Positions 10,792 through 20,558 of a stretch of DNA of 64,000 nt are shown piece after piece. The stretch's first letter is position 1, and each line of letters opens with the position of its first letter. The position numbers and the translations under genes were made by a program. Origin of the DNA: Polyangiales bacterium (lineage in GTDB: Bacteria > Myxococcota_A > Polyangia > Polyangiales > Polyangiaceae); assembly GCA_038231275.1 (NCBI GenBank), contig JBBRLQ010000015.1, positions 32,001 through 96,000 of the forward strand, in the 5' to 3' direction. The notes under the pieces were generated by a model. That model was not told the origin of the DNA and did no database searches. It worked only from the letters and a program-made list of their open reading frames with translations.

Positions 10792-11617
10792 ATGCTCGAC
10801 GTGCTGGTCTTCGTGCTCGCCCATCACGATCCGGCGATCCCCGCGACGATCGTAGCGGGGGCGTGGCTCGCGCCCTGGGGTGGTGTGTGCGTGCTCGCTC
10901 TCGTAGCGCTCGCGACGTGGGCACTCCTCGAGCGGCGCGGGCGAGCGGCGTGGCGCACCGAGACGGCCCACGTGGTCATGGCGACGGACGGGCCCTACCG
11001 GGCGTCGGCGCTGAACCTCCCGCGGACGCGCGCGCCAATCGGCATCCGACTCGCGACGCTACTGGCGCTCCTCGGCGCCTCGGCGACTCTGCCGTGGGTC
11101 GGCGTCGGCCTCGCCGAGGCGGTGGGGGCGCGGAACCCGCTCGTGCTCGCGGTAGCGCTGCTGCTCGCGGGGACCGGCGCGTGGATGGTGCGCGCGAGCG
11201 GGGGGGCGCTTTCGCATCGGAGCACGCGCGGAGCGAGCTTCGCGTGGATCTCTTCGGCCGCGGTCATCGCCGTAGCGCTCGGGGTCTGGTTTGGAGTGCT
11301 CGACGCATGCCTCGTCGAAGTGCATGGGCTCAAGGGCCTCCGCGCCGTGCTTCCCCTGGGGGACGTGCTGAGAAACGGTGGTGTCTTCTCGAGCTTTCGG
11401 CGGCCACGTCGCGCCCGTGTGGCGCGTGCTCCTCGTCGCCGCCATCGCCAGCGGCGTCGCTGCGCAGCTCGCGGCAGGAGCCGTGTGGATCGCGACGCGG
11501 CGACGTCAGCGGATTCCGTCGGCCGCACCGGCGCTCCTTGTGCGGCAGCCTCGTCAGCGCGGTTTCTCCGCGCGCACACGCCGCCCTCCATCAGCACACA
11601 TCCCGCCACCCTTCTGA
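10792..11617 (+). pseudogene. Multi-pass membrane protein, probably frameshifted near 11372-11397
   Basis: GAGGAG SD + ATG at 10792; TM helices, then off-frame Arg-rich text after 11397, while the +1 frame continues with a TM helix (FGGHVAPVWRVLLVAAIASG...) to a stop at 11617. Confidence 0.5.
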
Positions 11618-11675
11618 GGGTGCGACGCGGTGCGGGCTTGTGTGGCGGCGGCCTCGCGCGGTACGCGCGTCGCTC

Positions 11676-12635
11676 ATGAAGGTCGCTCTTTCCGCTCTCG
11701 TCGTCGGGCTCTCGATCGCGTGTGCACCGGGCTGCAGCTCCGCGCCTGACGACAACGCCGACACGGCGGAGTCCGCGAGCACGACGGCCAAGATCAAGAC
11801 CGTCTTCGTCATCGTGATGGAGAACCACGATTGGGCCAGCATCAAGGGCAGCTCGTCGGCGCCGTACATCAACGGTCACCTCCTTCCGCAAGCCGCGTTC
11901 GCCCAGAACTACCAGGGCGCGCCGGGCATGCACCCGAGCCTGCCCAACTACGTCTGGCTCGAGGCCGGCGACAACCTCGGGATCACGGACGACAGCGATC
12001 CCAGCACCCACCACCAAGCCACGAAGGACCATCTGGTCTCGCAGATCGTTCGTTCCGGTCGCGACTGGCGCTCCTACCAAGAGTCGATCGACGGAACGGA
12101 ATGCCCGCTCACCGGCACTCCTTTCCTGAGCCGCTACGTTCCGCGCCACAACCCGGCGGTCTACTTCGACGACGTGACGGACGGAAACGATCCCAACTCC
12201 GCCAACTGCATCCGCCACGTGCGCCCCTTCGGCGAGCTCGCCAAGGATCTGCACGCCGGCAAGGTGGCCGCCTACAATTACATCACGCCGGACCTTTGCC
12301 ATGACATGCACGGGCAAGAGATCTCGTGCCTCTTCGGCGATCAGATCAAAGCGGGCGACACCTGGCTCTCCAAGACGATCCCGATGATCCAAGCCTCCGC
12401 GGCGTACCAAGCCGGCGGCGCGATTTTCATCACCTTCGACGAGAACGAAGGCGGGCAAAAGCCGATCGGAATGATCGTCGTGAGCCCGTTCGGCAAGGGC
12501 GGGGGCTACACCAACTCGATCGCGTACACGCACAGCTCGACGCTGCGAACGATCGAAGACATCTTCAAGCTGACTCCGTTGCGCGGCGCTGCCAGCTCCA
12601 ACAACCTGAAGGATCTCTTCCGCTCGTTCCCTTGA
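11676..12635 (+). CDS. Phosphoesterase-family (alkaline phosphatase superfamily) lipoprotein
   Basis: Lipobox; VFVIVMENH, HPSLPNY, RHNP, TPDLCHDMH, ITFDE, YTHSSTLRTIE motifs. Confidence 0.9.
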   Translation: MKVALSALVVGLSIACAPGCSSAPDDNADTAESASTTAKIKTVFVIVMENHDWASIKGSSSAPYINGHLLPQAAFAQNYQGAPGMHPSLPNYVWLEAGDNLGITDDSDPSTHHQATKDHLVSQIVRSGRDWRSYQESIDGTECPLTGTPFLSRYVPRHNPAVYFDDVTDGNDPNSANCIRHVRPFGELAKDLHAGKVAAYNYITPDLCHDMHGQEISCLFGDQIKAGDTWLSKTIPMIQASAAYQAGGAIFITFDENEGGQKPIGMIVVSPFGKGGGYTNSIAYTHSSTLRTIEDIFKLTPLRGAASSNNLKDLFRSFP

Positions 12636-12727
12636 TTTCGCCGGGCACCTTTTTTTCATCCGCGTGGGGGCCAAGCGCCGCAGGCCCTTTTTGTGCTGGG
12701 CGTCCAGGTATGCAATAGTTGCGGCCC

Positions 12728-14092
<1,365 letters not shown>

Positions 14093-14099
14093 CGCGGAA

Positions 14100-16385
14100 T
14101 CAGAACGCGCCCTCGAGGCCGATGCTCGGGACGATGACCGGAATGCTGCCCGCGGTATCGGGCTCACACCGGTCGTAGGCGAGGGCGGAGGTCGGGTTGG
14201 GCGAGCACGTCACGTTGAGCACTTCGTGGCTCCCGGTGACGTTGAGCCCCTCGGCGACGAACGCGACGTAGCCGCTCTTGGTGAGCCAGCGCTTCTCGAT
14301 GCGCGCGTCGACGCGGACGAACGCAGGCAAGCGCTCCGTGTTGTACGGCGGTACCGGAATGTCGCGGATGCGGTTCGAATAAGGGCGGCCGGTGTAGGTG
14401 ACGAAACGCCCGCCGACCCTCCAGTTCGCGCCGAGATCGTACGCGGCGACGACGTTCAGGACGTGCGTGCGATCGAACTCGCTGAGGACCGTCTGGAGCT
14501 GATCGGCCGAGCCGAGGGGGTGCGCTTCGCGCGTCGAGCGCGACAACGTGTACGCGAACCAGCCGGTGAGTCGCTTGGTGAGCGGGCGGCGGAGGAGTAG
14601 CTCGAGCCCGAACGTTCGGCCGCGGACGCGCTGATCGAGGCACTCGTTCGCGTTGTCGATGTGGTCGATGCCGCACGTCGCCGTCGCATCGGTCAGATTC
14701 AAATAGTCGTGGAGGAAGAGCGTCGGCGTGAACGTCAACTCGAGCGGCAGCGCGATCTCGGCGCCCTGACTCAGCTGCAGCGCGGTCTGCGTGCCCTTGT
14801 CGAGGCGCCCGAGCTGCAGACCCGGCACCGGAACGATGAACGCCGGCGGCTGATGGGTGACGCCGAACGCCGAGAGCCACGTGACGCGCGGCGCCACTTT
14901 GACCCTTGTCGCGAGGCGTGGATCGAACGTCGGCACGGCGGCCGACGTCCCCGCCAGCTCGGACTTCGAGCCGAAATAGTCGACGCGCGCGCCGGGGACG
15001 ATCTCGACGGACGGCGACGCCTTCAGGACGAAGTCGCCGCGGATGCCCATCGCGAGATCCTTGCGTCCTGGATAGTTCACCACCTCACCGCCGTTCGAGA
15101 TGAGCGTGAAGCTGTCCAAGAGGACGTCCGCCCCGGCGCGGAGTCGCACGTGCTCTGCGAGGCGAACGTCGATCTCGTTGCGCACGCCCGTCAGGTAGTC
15201 GCGCACGGCGAAGTCTTTTCCGTTGCTCGTCTGATCGAAGCCCACGGTGACCGCCGTGCGAATGTGCCCGCTCGTTCCTAGCGCGTGATCCCACCGCACA
15301 TCGACGCGATGAAATTGAGTGGACGTGACGTCCTTGAGGCTGCCGTCCGCGGCGCGGGAACCCGCGGCGTCGAAGCTGCCGAACGTGAAGAGGCCGAGCG
15401 TGTCTTTGTCGTTCAGCTGCCACGACGCGCGCGCCTGGTAGTCGCCGTACTGGAGGAACACTCTCGGCGCGAGGAGCGTGAGGAGGAGGCCCGGATAGCC
15501 ATAGCGGCCCGCGACGGCGGCGTGCCCTCTGCCGCCGCCGAAGGGTGCTTCGACGAGCGCGCCGGCGTGGATGAGACTCGCGTCCCATTCGCCGTGGAAG
15601 GTGTCGGCGGGCGGCTTGGTGTGCCCGTCGATGATGCCGCCGGCGAAGCGGCCGTACCTCGCAGGGAACGCGCCCGGATAGAAGTCGACGTGATCGATGA
15701 GCCCCGGGTGGACCACCGAGCGGAGCACGCCGAAGTGGAACAGGAGCGGCACGCGAATGCCGTCGATCATGTAGCCCGTGTTGCCGGGCGGCGCGCCGCG
15801 GATGAAGTAGTAGGGGAGGCCGCTCACGATGGGCGTCACGCCGGGGAGCGCGTCGATCGCGCGGAAGGCGTCGCCGAACGCGCCGGGCATCTGACGGACC
15901 TCCGCGCTCCCGAGCTGCGTGCCGCCGACGTCCGGCCGCTGGCCCGCGACGCGAACCTCTTCGACCGCGTCCGCGGCGGCCGGCTTCGCGGTCGTCGTCG
16001 GCGCGGGCGGACTCGTCTCCGGCGCGGGCGTCCGTGGCGGCTCGTGAAACTCGACGAGCATGCGAATGCGCGCCTGCACGGCGATGTCGCCGCGACGCGC
16101 GGGCTCGAATCGAAACGAGGGCGCGCGCGCGAGGACGCTCGACGCGAACGGCTCGCGACCCTCGACGATGACAGCCCGCGCGACGTGCCCGTCCTTGTCG
16201 ACGAGCAACTCGACGACGACGCTCGCGTCACCGGCGGCGCCTTCCGGGTACGGCACGCGCCCCGTGTCGATCGCCACCGGAGGCACGAGCGCGGGAGGCG
16301 GCGAAGGGCTCGGCTCCGCGGCCGACGCGGGCACGGCAGCCAAGACACACGCTGCGAGAACGGCAGCCCATCTCGCGCGCGGCAT
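14100..16385 (-). CDS. TonB-dependent receptor with N-terminal TonB-C-like domain
   Basis: Signal peptide, 'YPEGA..VVVELLVDKDG..FRFEPA' domain, plug (RGAPPGNTGYMIDG, FYPGAFPARYGR), C-terminal Phe. Confidence 0.88.
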   Translation of the reverse strand: MPRARWAAVLAACVLAAVPASAAEPSPSPPPALVPPVAIDTGRVPYPEGAAGDASVVVELLVDKDGHVARAVIVEGREPFASSVLARAPSFRFEPARRGDIAVQARIRMLVEFHEPPRTPAPETSPPAPTTTAKPAAADAVEEVRVAGQRPDVGGTQLGSAEVRQMPGAFGDAFRAIDALPGVTPIVSGLPYYFIRGAPPGNTGYMIDGIRVPLLFHFGVLRSVVHPGLIDHVDFYPGAFPARYGRFAGGIIDGHTKPPADTFHGEWDASLIHAGALVEAPFGGGRGHAAVAGRYGYPGLLLTLLAPRVFLQYGDYQARASWQLNDKDTLGLFTFGSFDAAGSRAADGSLKDVTSTQFHRVDVRWDHALGTSGHIRTAVTVGFDQTSNGKDFAVRDYLTGVRNEIDVRLAEHVRLRAGADVLLDSFTLISNGGEVVNYPGRKDLAMGIRGDFVLKASPSVEIVPGARVDYFGSKSELAGTSAAVPTFDPRLATRVKVAPRVTWLSAFGVTHQPPAFIVPVPGLQLGRLDKGTQTALQLSQGAEIALPLELTFTPTLFLHDYLNLTDATATCGIDHIDNANECLDQRVRGRTFGLELLLRRPLTKRLTGWFAYTLSRSTREAHPLGSADQLQTVLSEFDRTHVLNVVAAYDLGANWRVGGRFVTYTGRPYSNRIRDIPVPPYNTERLPAFVRVDARIEKRWLTKSGYVAFVAEGLNVTGSHEVLNVTCSPNPTSALAYDRCEPDTAGSIPVIVPSIGLEGAF

Positions 16386-16405
16386 CCGACGAGTCGTACA
16401 CCGGG

Positions 16406-16873
16406 CTAGAGCGTACGGGTCATGAAGATGCTGAACGTGTCCTCGACGTACCCGTCGAACGGTCCACACCGCGCGAAACCCGCGCTCTCGTAGAGCCGGA
16501 GCGCCGGCGCGAAGGCCGCGGCCGAGCCGGTCTCGAGCCACAGGCTCTTCATTCCGCGCGCGCGCGCCTCGCCGATCAGGTGGTCGAGCATCGCGCGACC
16601 GTAGCCGTGGCCGAGGAAGGCATCGGCGACACGCATCGACTTCAGCTCTCCACGGTCGGCGTCGAGCTGCTTGAGGGCGCCGCAGCAGACGACCTCCTCG
16701 CCGAGCCACGCCGACCAGAACGTCACGCCGGGCTGCCGGAGCGCGTCGACGTCGAACGCATGAACGCTCGATGGGGGCGAGGTCGCGTGCATGCCTTCGA
16801 GGTGACGCGCGACGAGCGAACGGACCTTGTCGCTTGAAAGATCGTCGATTCGAAATCTCACGCTCGCGCCCAT
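16406..16873 (-). CDS. GNAT N-acetyltransferase (YedL-like)
   Basis: SPPSSVHA, GELKSMR, GHGYG, LETGS, LYESAGF, CGPFDGY. Confidence 0.9.
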   Translation of the reverse strand: MGASVRFRIDDLSSDKVRSLVARHLEGMHATSPPSSVHAFDVDALRQPGVTFWSAWLGEEVVCCGALKQLDADRGELKSMRVADAFLGHGYGRAMLDHLIGEARARGMKSLWLETGSAAAFAPALRLYESAGFARCGPFDGYVEDTFSIFMTRTL

Positions 16874-16989
16874 TCCGCCGCTCAAGGTACCCGGGACGCG
16901 CCGCCGGGCGACCACCATGGCGGCTCGCTCGCCCTCCTTCCGGTCGCGGGTTCTCTGACTTCCCGCGTTTTTCGTGGTAAATCCGCGTC

Positions 16990-17526
16990 ATGCGGACTTG
17001 GATTTCGCTCGGGGGGATTCTGATTTTGCCGCTCCTGGTCGCCTGCGGGCCGCGGAAGCCGGCGGAGGATGGGGCGAGCACGCCGAAGACCGACGGGCCG
17101 AAGGACGACGGCACCGGCGCGGTGAAGTGGGAGGGGGCGTCCGACGACGACAAGCAGACGAGGCAACCTGGCCCGCCCGCCGGCACGCCGCCGACGTCCG
17201 CGCCCGTCGGCCAGCACCGGACGGACACGTACGACAAAGAGCAGACCGAGATCGTGCTGAGGCGCGCCGCGCGGCAGGTAAAAGAGAACTGCGGCGAGGC
17301 GAAGGACGAGAATGGCAAGGCGTCGGGGCCGTGGGGCAAGACGAGCATCTCGGTGAACCTCGGACACAACGGCCGCTCGAAGGGGGCCACGATCCAAGCG
17401 CCGTACGACACCAAGCCCACCGGGCGCTGCGCGGTGCAGGCGTTCAGCGCGCTGACGTTCCCGCCTTGGGGCGGTGCCGACACGACGGTGGACTGGGAAA
17501 TCGAGATCGTGCAGACGGGCAAGTAG
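16990..17526 (+). CDS. Lipoprotein with AgmX/PglI-like (TonB-C-like) C-terminal domain
   Basis: LLVAC lipobox; VKENC...GRCAVQAFSALTFPPWGG pattern. Confidence 0.75.
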   Translation: MRTWISLGGILILPLLVACGPRKPAEDGASTPKTDGPKDDGTGAVKWEGASDDDKQTRQPGPPAGTPPTSAPVGQHRTDTYDKEQTEIVLRRAARQVKENCGEAKDENGKASGPWGKTSISVNLGHNGRSKGATIQAPYDTKPTGRCAVQAFSALTFPPWGGADTTVDWEIEIVQTGK

Positions 17527-17527
17527 C

Positions 17528-18955
17528 GTGGGCTACGACTACGACTTGCTCGTCATCGGCGCAGGACCGGCCGGCGAAAAAGGGGCGGTACAAGCCGCTT
17601 ACTTCGGCAAGAGGGTCGCGATCGTCGAGCGCGCCGAGCAACCGGGCGGCGCCGCCGTGCACACGGGCACGTTGCCGAGCAAGACGCTGCGCGAGACGGC
17701 GCTGTTTCTCTCGGGCTACCGCAACCGCGAGCTCTATGGGCTCACGCTCGATATGAACGCCGAGCTGGCCGTCCCCAAGCTCCTCTCGCGCAAGGACGCG
17801 GTCCGCGACCTCGAGGTCGCGCGCATGAAGTGGAACCTCGAGCGCCACAACGTCGACCAGCTCCGCGGCGTCGCGCGCTTCGTCGACGCGCACACCGTGG
17901 AGCTCACCGGCGGAGGCGGAGGCGGCGCGCGGAGGATCACGGCGGAGGTCTTCCTCATCGCGACGGGCTCCGTGCCGTTCCAGCCCTCGAACATCCCCTT
18001 CGAAGACGAGGACATCGACGACTCCGACACGATTCTGCTCCTCGATCGCCTGCCCAAGACGATGATCATCATCGGCGGCGGCGTCATCGGCTGCGAGTAC
18101 GCGTCGATGTTCGCCGCGATGCACGTGAAGGTGACGCTGCTCGAAGGCCGAACGCGCCTCCTCCCGTTCCTCGACCTGGAGATGGGCGAGCGCCTCCGAA
18201 GCGCGCTCGCGACGCTCGGCGTCGACGTCCGTCTCGGCGAGCAGATCAAGACGGTCGCGCGCGTCCCCGAGCGCGGCATCGTGTGCACGCTGGCGAGCGG
18301 CGGCGAGCTCGCGTGCGAGAAGCTCCTGTGCGCGTCGGGCCGCAGCGGTCGCACCGAGGAGCTGAACCTCGAGGGCGTCGGCGTCGTCCGCGACAAGCGC
18401 GGCTACGTCACCGTCGACGGCGACTACCGCACGGCCGTCGCCAACGTGTACGCGGCGGGCGACGTGATCGGATTCCCCGCGCTGGCATCGACGTCGATGG
18501 AGCAGGCGCGCGTCGCTGTGTGCCACGCGTTCGGCTTCACCTACAAGCGCGTCGTCAGCCACCTCATCCCCTACGGCGTCTACACGATCCCCGAGGTGAG
18601 CTGCGTCGGCCTCTCCGAAGAAGAGGCGCGCGAGAAGAAGATCGACTACGTCGTCGGCCGCGCGTTCTACCGCGACAACGCGCGCGGCAAGATCGTGGGC
18701 GACAAGGACGGCGCGATCAAGCTCGTCTTCGAGCGCGCCACGCGCAAGCTGATCGGGTGCCACTGCATCGGCGATCGCGCGTCGGAGCTGGTGCACATCG
18801 GCCAGAGCGTCATTACGCTCGGCGGCACGGTGGAGACGTTCATCGAGATGGTCTTCAACTACCCGACCCTCTCGGAGGCCTTCAAGTACGCCGCCTACGA
18901 CGCGCTCGCGCACTTCGACAAGCCAGGCTCGATCGCGCCGCAGACGCAGGCCTAG
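17528..18955 (+). CDS. sthA: Soluble pyridine nucleotide transhydrogenase
   Basis: GAGPAGEKGA, GGAAVHTGTLPSKTLRE (no redox CxxxxC), GDVIGFPALASTSMEQ, FNYPTLSEA. Confidence 0.93.
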   Translation: MGYDYDLLVIGAGPAGEKGAVQAAYFGKRVAIVERAEQPGGAAVHTGTLPSKTLRETALFLSGYRNRELYGLTLDMNAELAVPKLLSRKDAVRDLEVARMKWNLERHNVDQLRGVARFVDAHTVELTGGGGGGARRITAEVFLIATGSVPFQPSNIPFEDEDIDDSDTILLLDRLPKTMIIIGGGVIGCEYASMFAAMHVKVTLLEGRTRLLPFLDLEMGERLRSALATLGVDVRLGEQIKTVARVPERGIVCTLASGGELACEKLLCASGRSGRTEELNLEGVGVVRDKRGYVTVDGDYRTAVANVYAAGDVIGFPALASTSMEQARVAVCHAFGFTYKRVVSHLIPYGVYTIPEVSCVGLSEEEAREKKIDYVVGRAFYRDNARGKIVGDKDGAIKLVFERATRKLIGCHCIGDRASELVHIGQSVITLGGTVETFIEMVFNYPTLSEAFKYAAYDALAHFDKPGSIAPQTQA

Positions 18956-18978
18956 GAGCACGGTCGACTGCCCGCGCC

Positions 18979-19013
18979 TTGACTATACGTACGGCTATCC
19001 TAGCCTGTACGTA
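18979..19013 (+). promoter_or_regulatory. TA operon promoter overlapped by a palindromic operator
   Basis: TTGACT-N16-TAGCCT; imperfect IR TACGTACGGCTA-TCC-TAGCCTGTACGTA. Confidence 0.65.
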
Positions 19014-19015
19014 CG

Positions 19016-19243
19016 ATGATCAAGAACCTCACGCGCACGGGAAACAGCGTCGCGCTGGTGCTCGACAAGCAACTCCTCGAAGCGGCGCACCTCGATCCCG
19101 ACGAAGAGGTCGAGGTGTCCACGAACGGACGCGTCATCGTGATCTCGCCGGTTCGAAGCAAGCGCGAGACGGACAAATTCAGGCAAGGCGAGGAACGCAT
19201 GCACGCCAAGTTCGCTGGCGCCTTCGGCCGCCTGGCGAAGTGA
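19016..19243 (+). CDS. AbrB/MazE-family antitoxin
   Basis: LTRTGNSVALVLDK motif; 75 aa; GTGA overlap with the toxin. Confidence 0.9.
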   Translation: MIKNLTRTGNSVALVLDKQLLEAAHLDPDEEVEVSTNGRVIVISPVRSKRETDKFRQGEERMHAKFAGAFGRLAK

Positions 19244-19632
19244 AGATCCGCTTCCTGGGGCTGGAGGAGATTCTCGCGCTACACGCGGACCAAGTCGCAC
19301 GCTACGGTGGGACCGCGGGCGTGCGTGATCTCGGCCTTCTCGAGTCCGCGACGGCGATGCCCGCGGCCTCGTTCGGTGCGAAGTACCTGCATGGCACCCT
19401 GCCGGAGATGGCCGCCGCGTACCTGTTCCACGTGGCGCAGAACCACGCCTTCTTGGACGGCAACAAGCGCGTCGCCGCGGCCGCGATGTTCATGTTTCTC
19501 TTCCTCAACGACCTCGAGCTGGACTGCAGCGAGGACGAGCTCGTGGACCTGACGCTAGGCGTCGCCAGCGGCAAGGTCACGAAAGCCGACGCCGCCGTCT
19601 TCGTCGCCGCCCACCTTCGACCGACGAAGTAA
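19240..19632 (+). CDS. doc: Death-on-curing (Fic/Doc) toxin
   Basis: GVRDLGLLESA and HAFLDGNKR Doc motifs. Confidence 0.92.
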   Translation: MKIRFLGLEEILALHADQVARYGGTAGVRDLGLLESATAMPAASFGAKYLHGTLPEMAAAYLFHVAQNHAFLDGNKRVAAAAMFMFLFLNDLELDCSEDELVDLTLGVASGKVTKADAAVFVAAHLRPTK

Positions 19633-19936
19633 GAGACCGACCACGGGAACGTAGACCCGTGACGATCAGCGCGGCGACCATGCCGTCATGAACGGCGGCT
19701 TCTTCTCGGCGGCGCTCATGTCCTCCGCCGCGTAGTAGCCGGCGATCATCTGCGGATGGGACGCAACTCGTCGGCAATCGCGTTCGGTGCCGCAAGGACG
19801 GCCTGCGGTCTGCCGAGGTTTTCTCTACCTGGAGTGCCAGGACGACGCCGGAGGCGGCAATCACGACTGTCGCCCATACGCAGGCGACTTCCCTGCCTGT
19901 TGCCCCCCCTTAGCCGCGCCGCCCTGCGAAGTGCGC

Positions 19937-20557
19937 CTACTCCACGCTCCGGGCGAACACGAGCTGGGCGCCGTAATAGAGCGGGACCGCCAGTACCTTC
20001 CACGAGAACCGCGGTGTCGTGAAGCGGTGAAGGGCGACGAAGACGTCGGACGCGAGGAAGAGCGCGCCGGCGAGGGCGATGGCTCGGGAGCCGCTCACGA
20101 ACGCGGCGCACGCCATCGACGAGACGGCGAAGGCATAGAGTGCGACCGCGACGCGCAGGCGGGACGGAGCGCGGCGCACGAGCGGGGCGGCGAGGGCGAA
20201 GCAGAGGCCGAGCCCGATCATCACGCGGAGCATGGCGTCGGGGGTCGGGACCGCGCGCGACACGAACGCGGAGATGAATGCGACGTGCGCGCAGAGGAAG
20301 GCCATCATCCCGATGCGGAAGGGCCAGCCGGTCCCCGTTCGTACCAGCGCGACGTCGCCCGCCGCCGAAAAGAGGAGCGCGACCAGGACCAAGCTCCCGT
20401 ACGTGGTGCGGAGCGCCCCGCAGGCGAGCGCCACGCCGACGAACCCGGCCGCCGCGAGCGGCTTGCAGAGCCACTTGCCATCCTGCGATCCGCGGCGCTC
20501 GGCCACGAGAACGCCCACGCCTGCGAGGAGCGTCAGGAGGGCGAAGGCGACCCGCAT
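19937..20557 (-). CDS. YhhN/TMEM86-family lysoplasmalogenase-like membrane protein
   Basis: KPL, SAAGDVAL, AFLCAHVAF, LFLASD, LYYGAQ motifs. Confidence 0.85.
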   Translation of the reverse strand: MRVAFALLTLLAGVGVLVAERRGSQDGKWLCKPLAAAGFVGVALACGALRTTYGSLVLVALLFSAAGDVALVRTGTGWPFRIGMMAFLCAHVAFISAFVSRAVPTPDAMLRVMIGLGLCFALAAPLVRRAPSRLRVAVALYAFAVSSMACAAFVSGSRAIALAGALFLASDVFVALHRFTTPRFSWKVLAVPLYYGAQLVFARSVE

Positions 20558-20558
20558 C

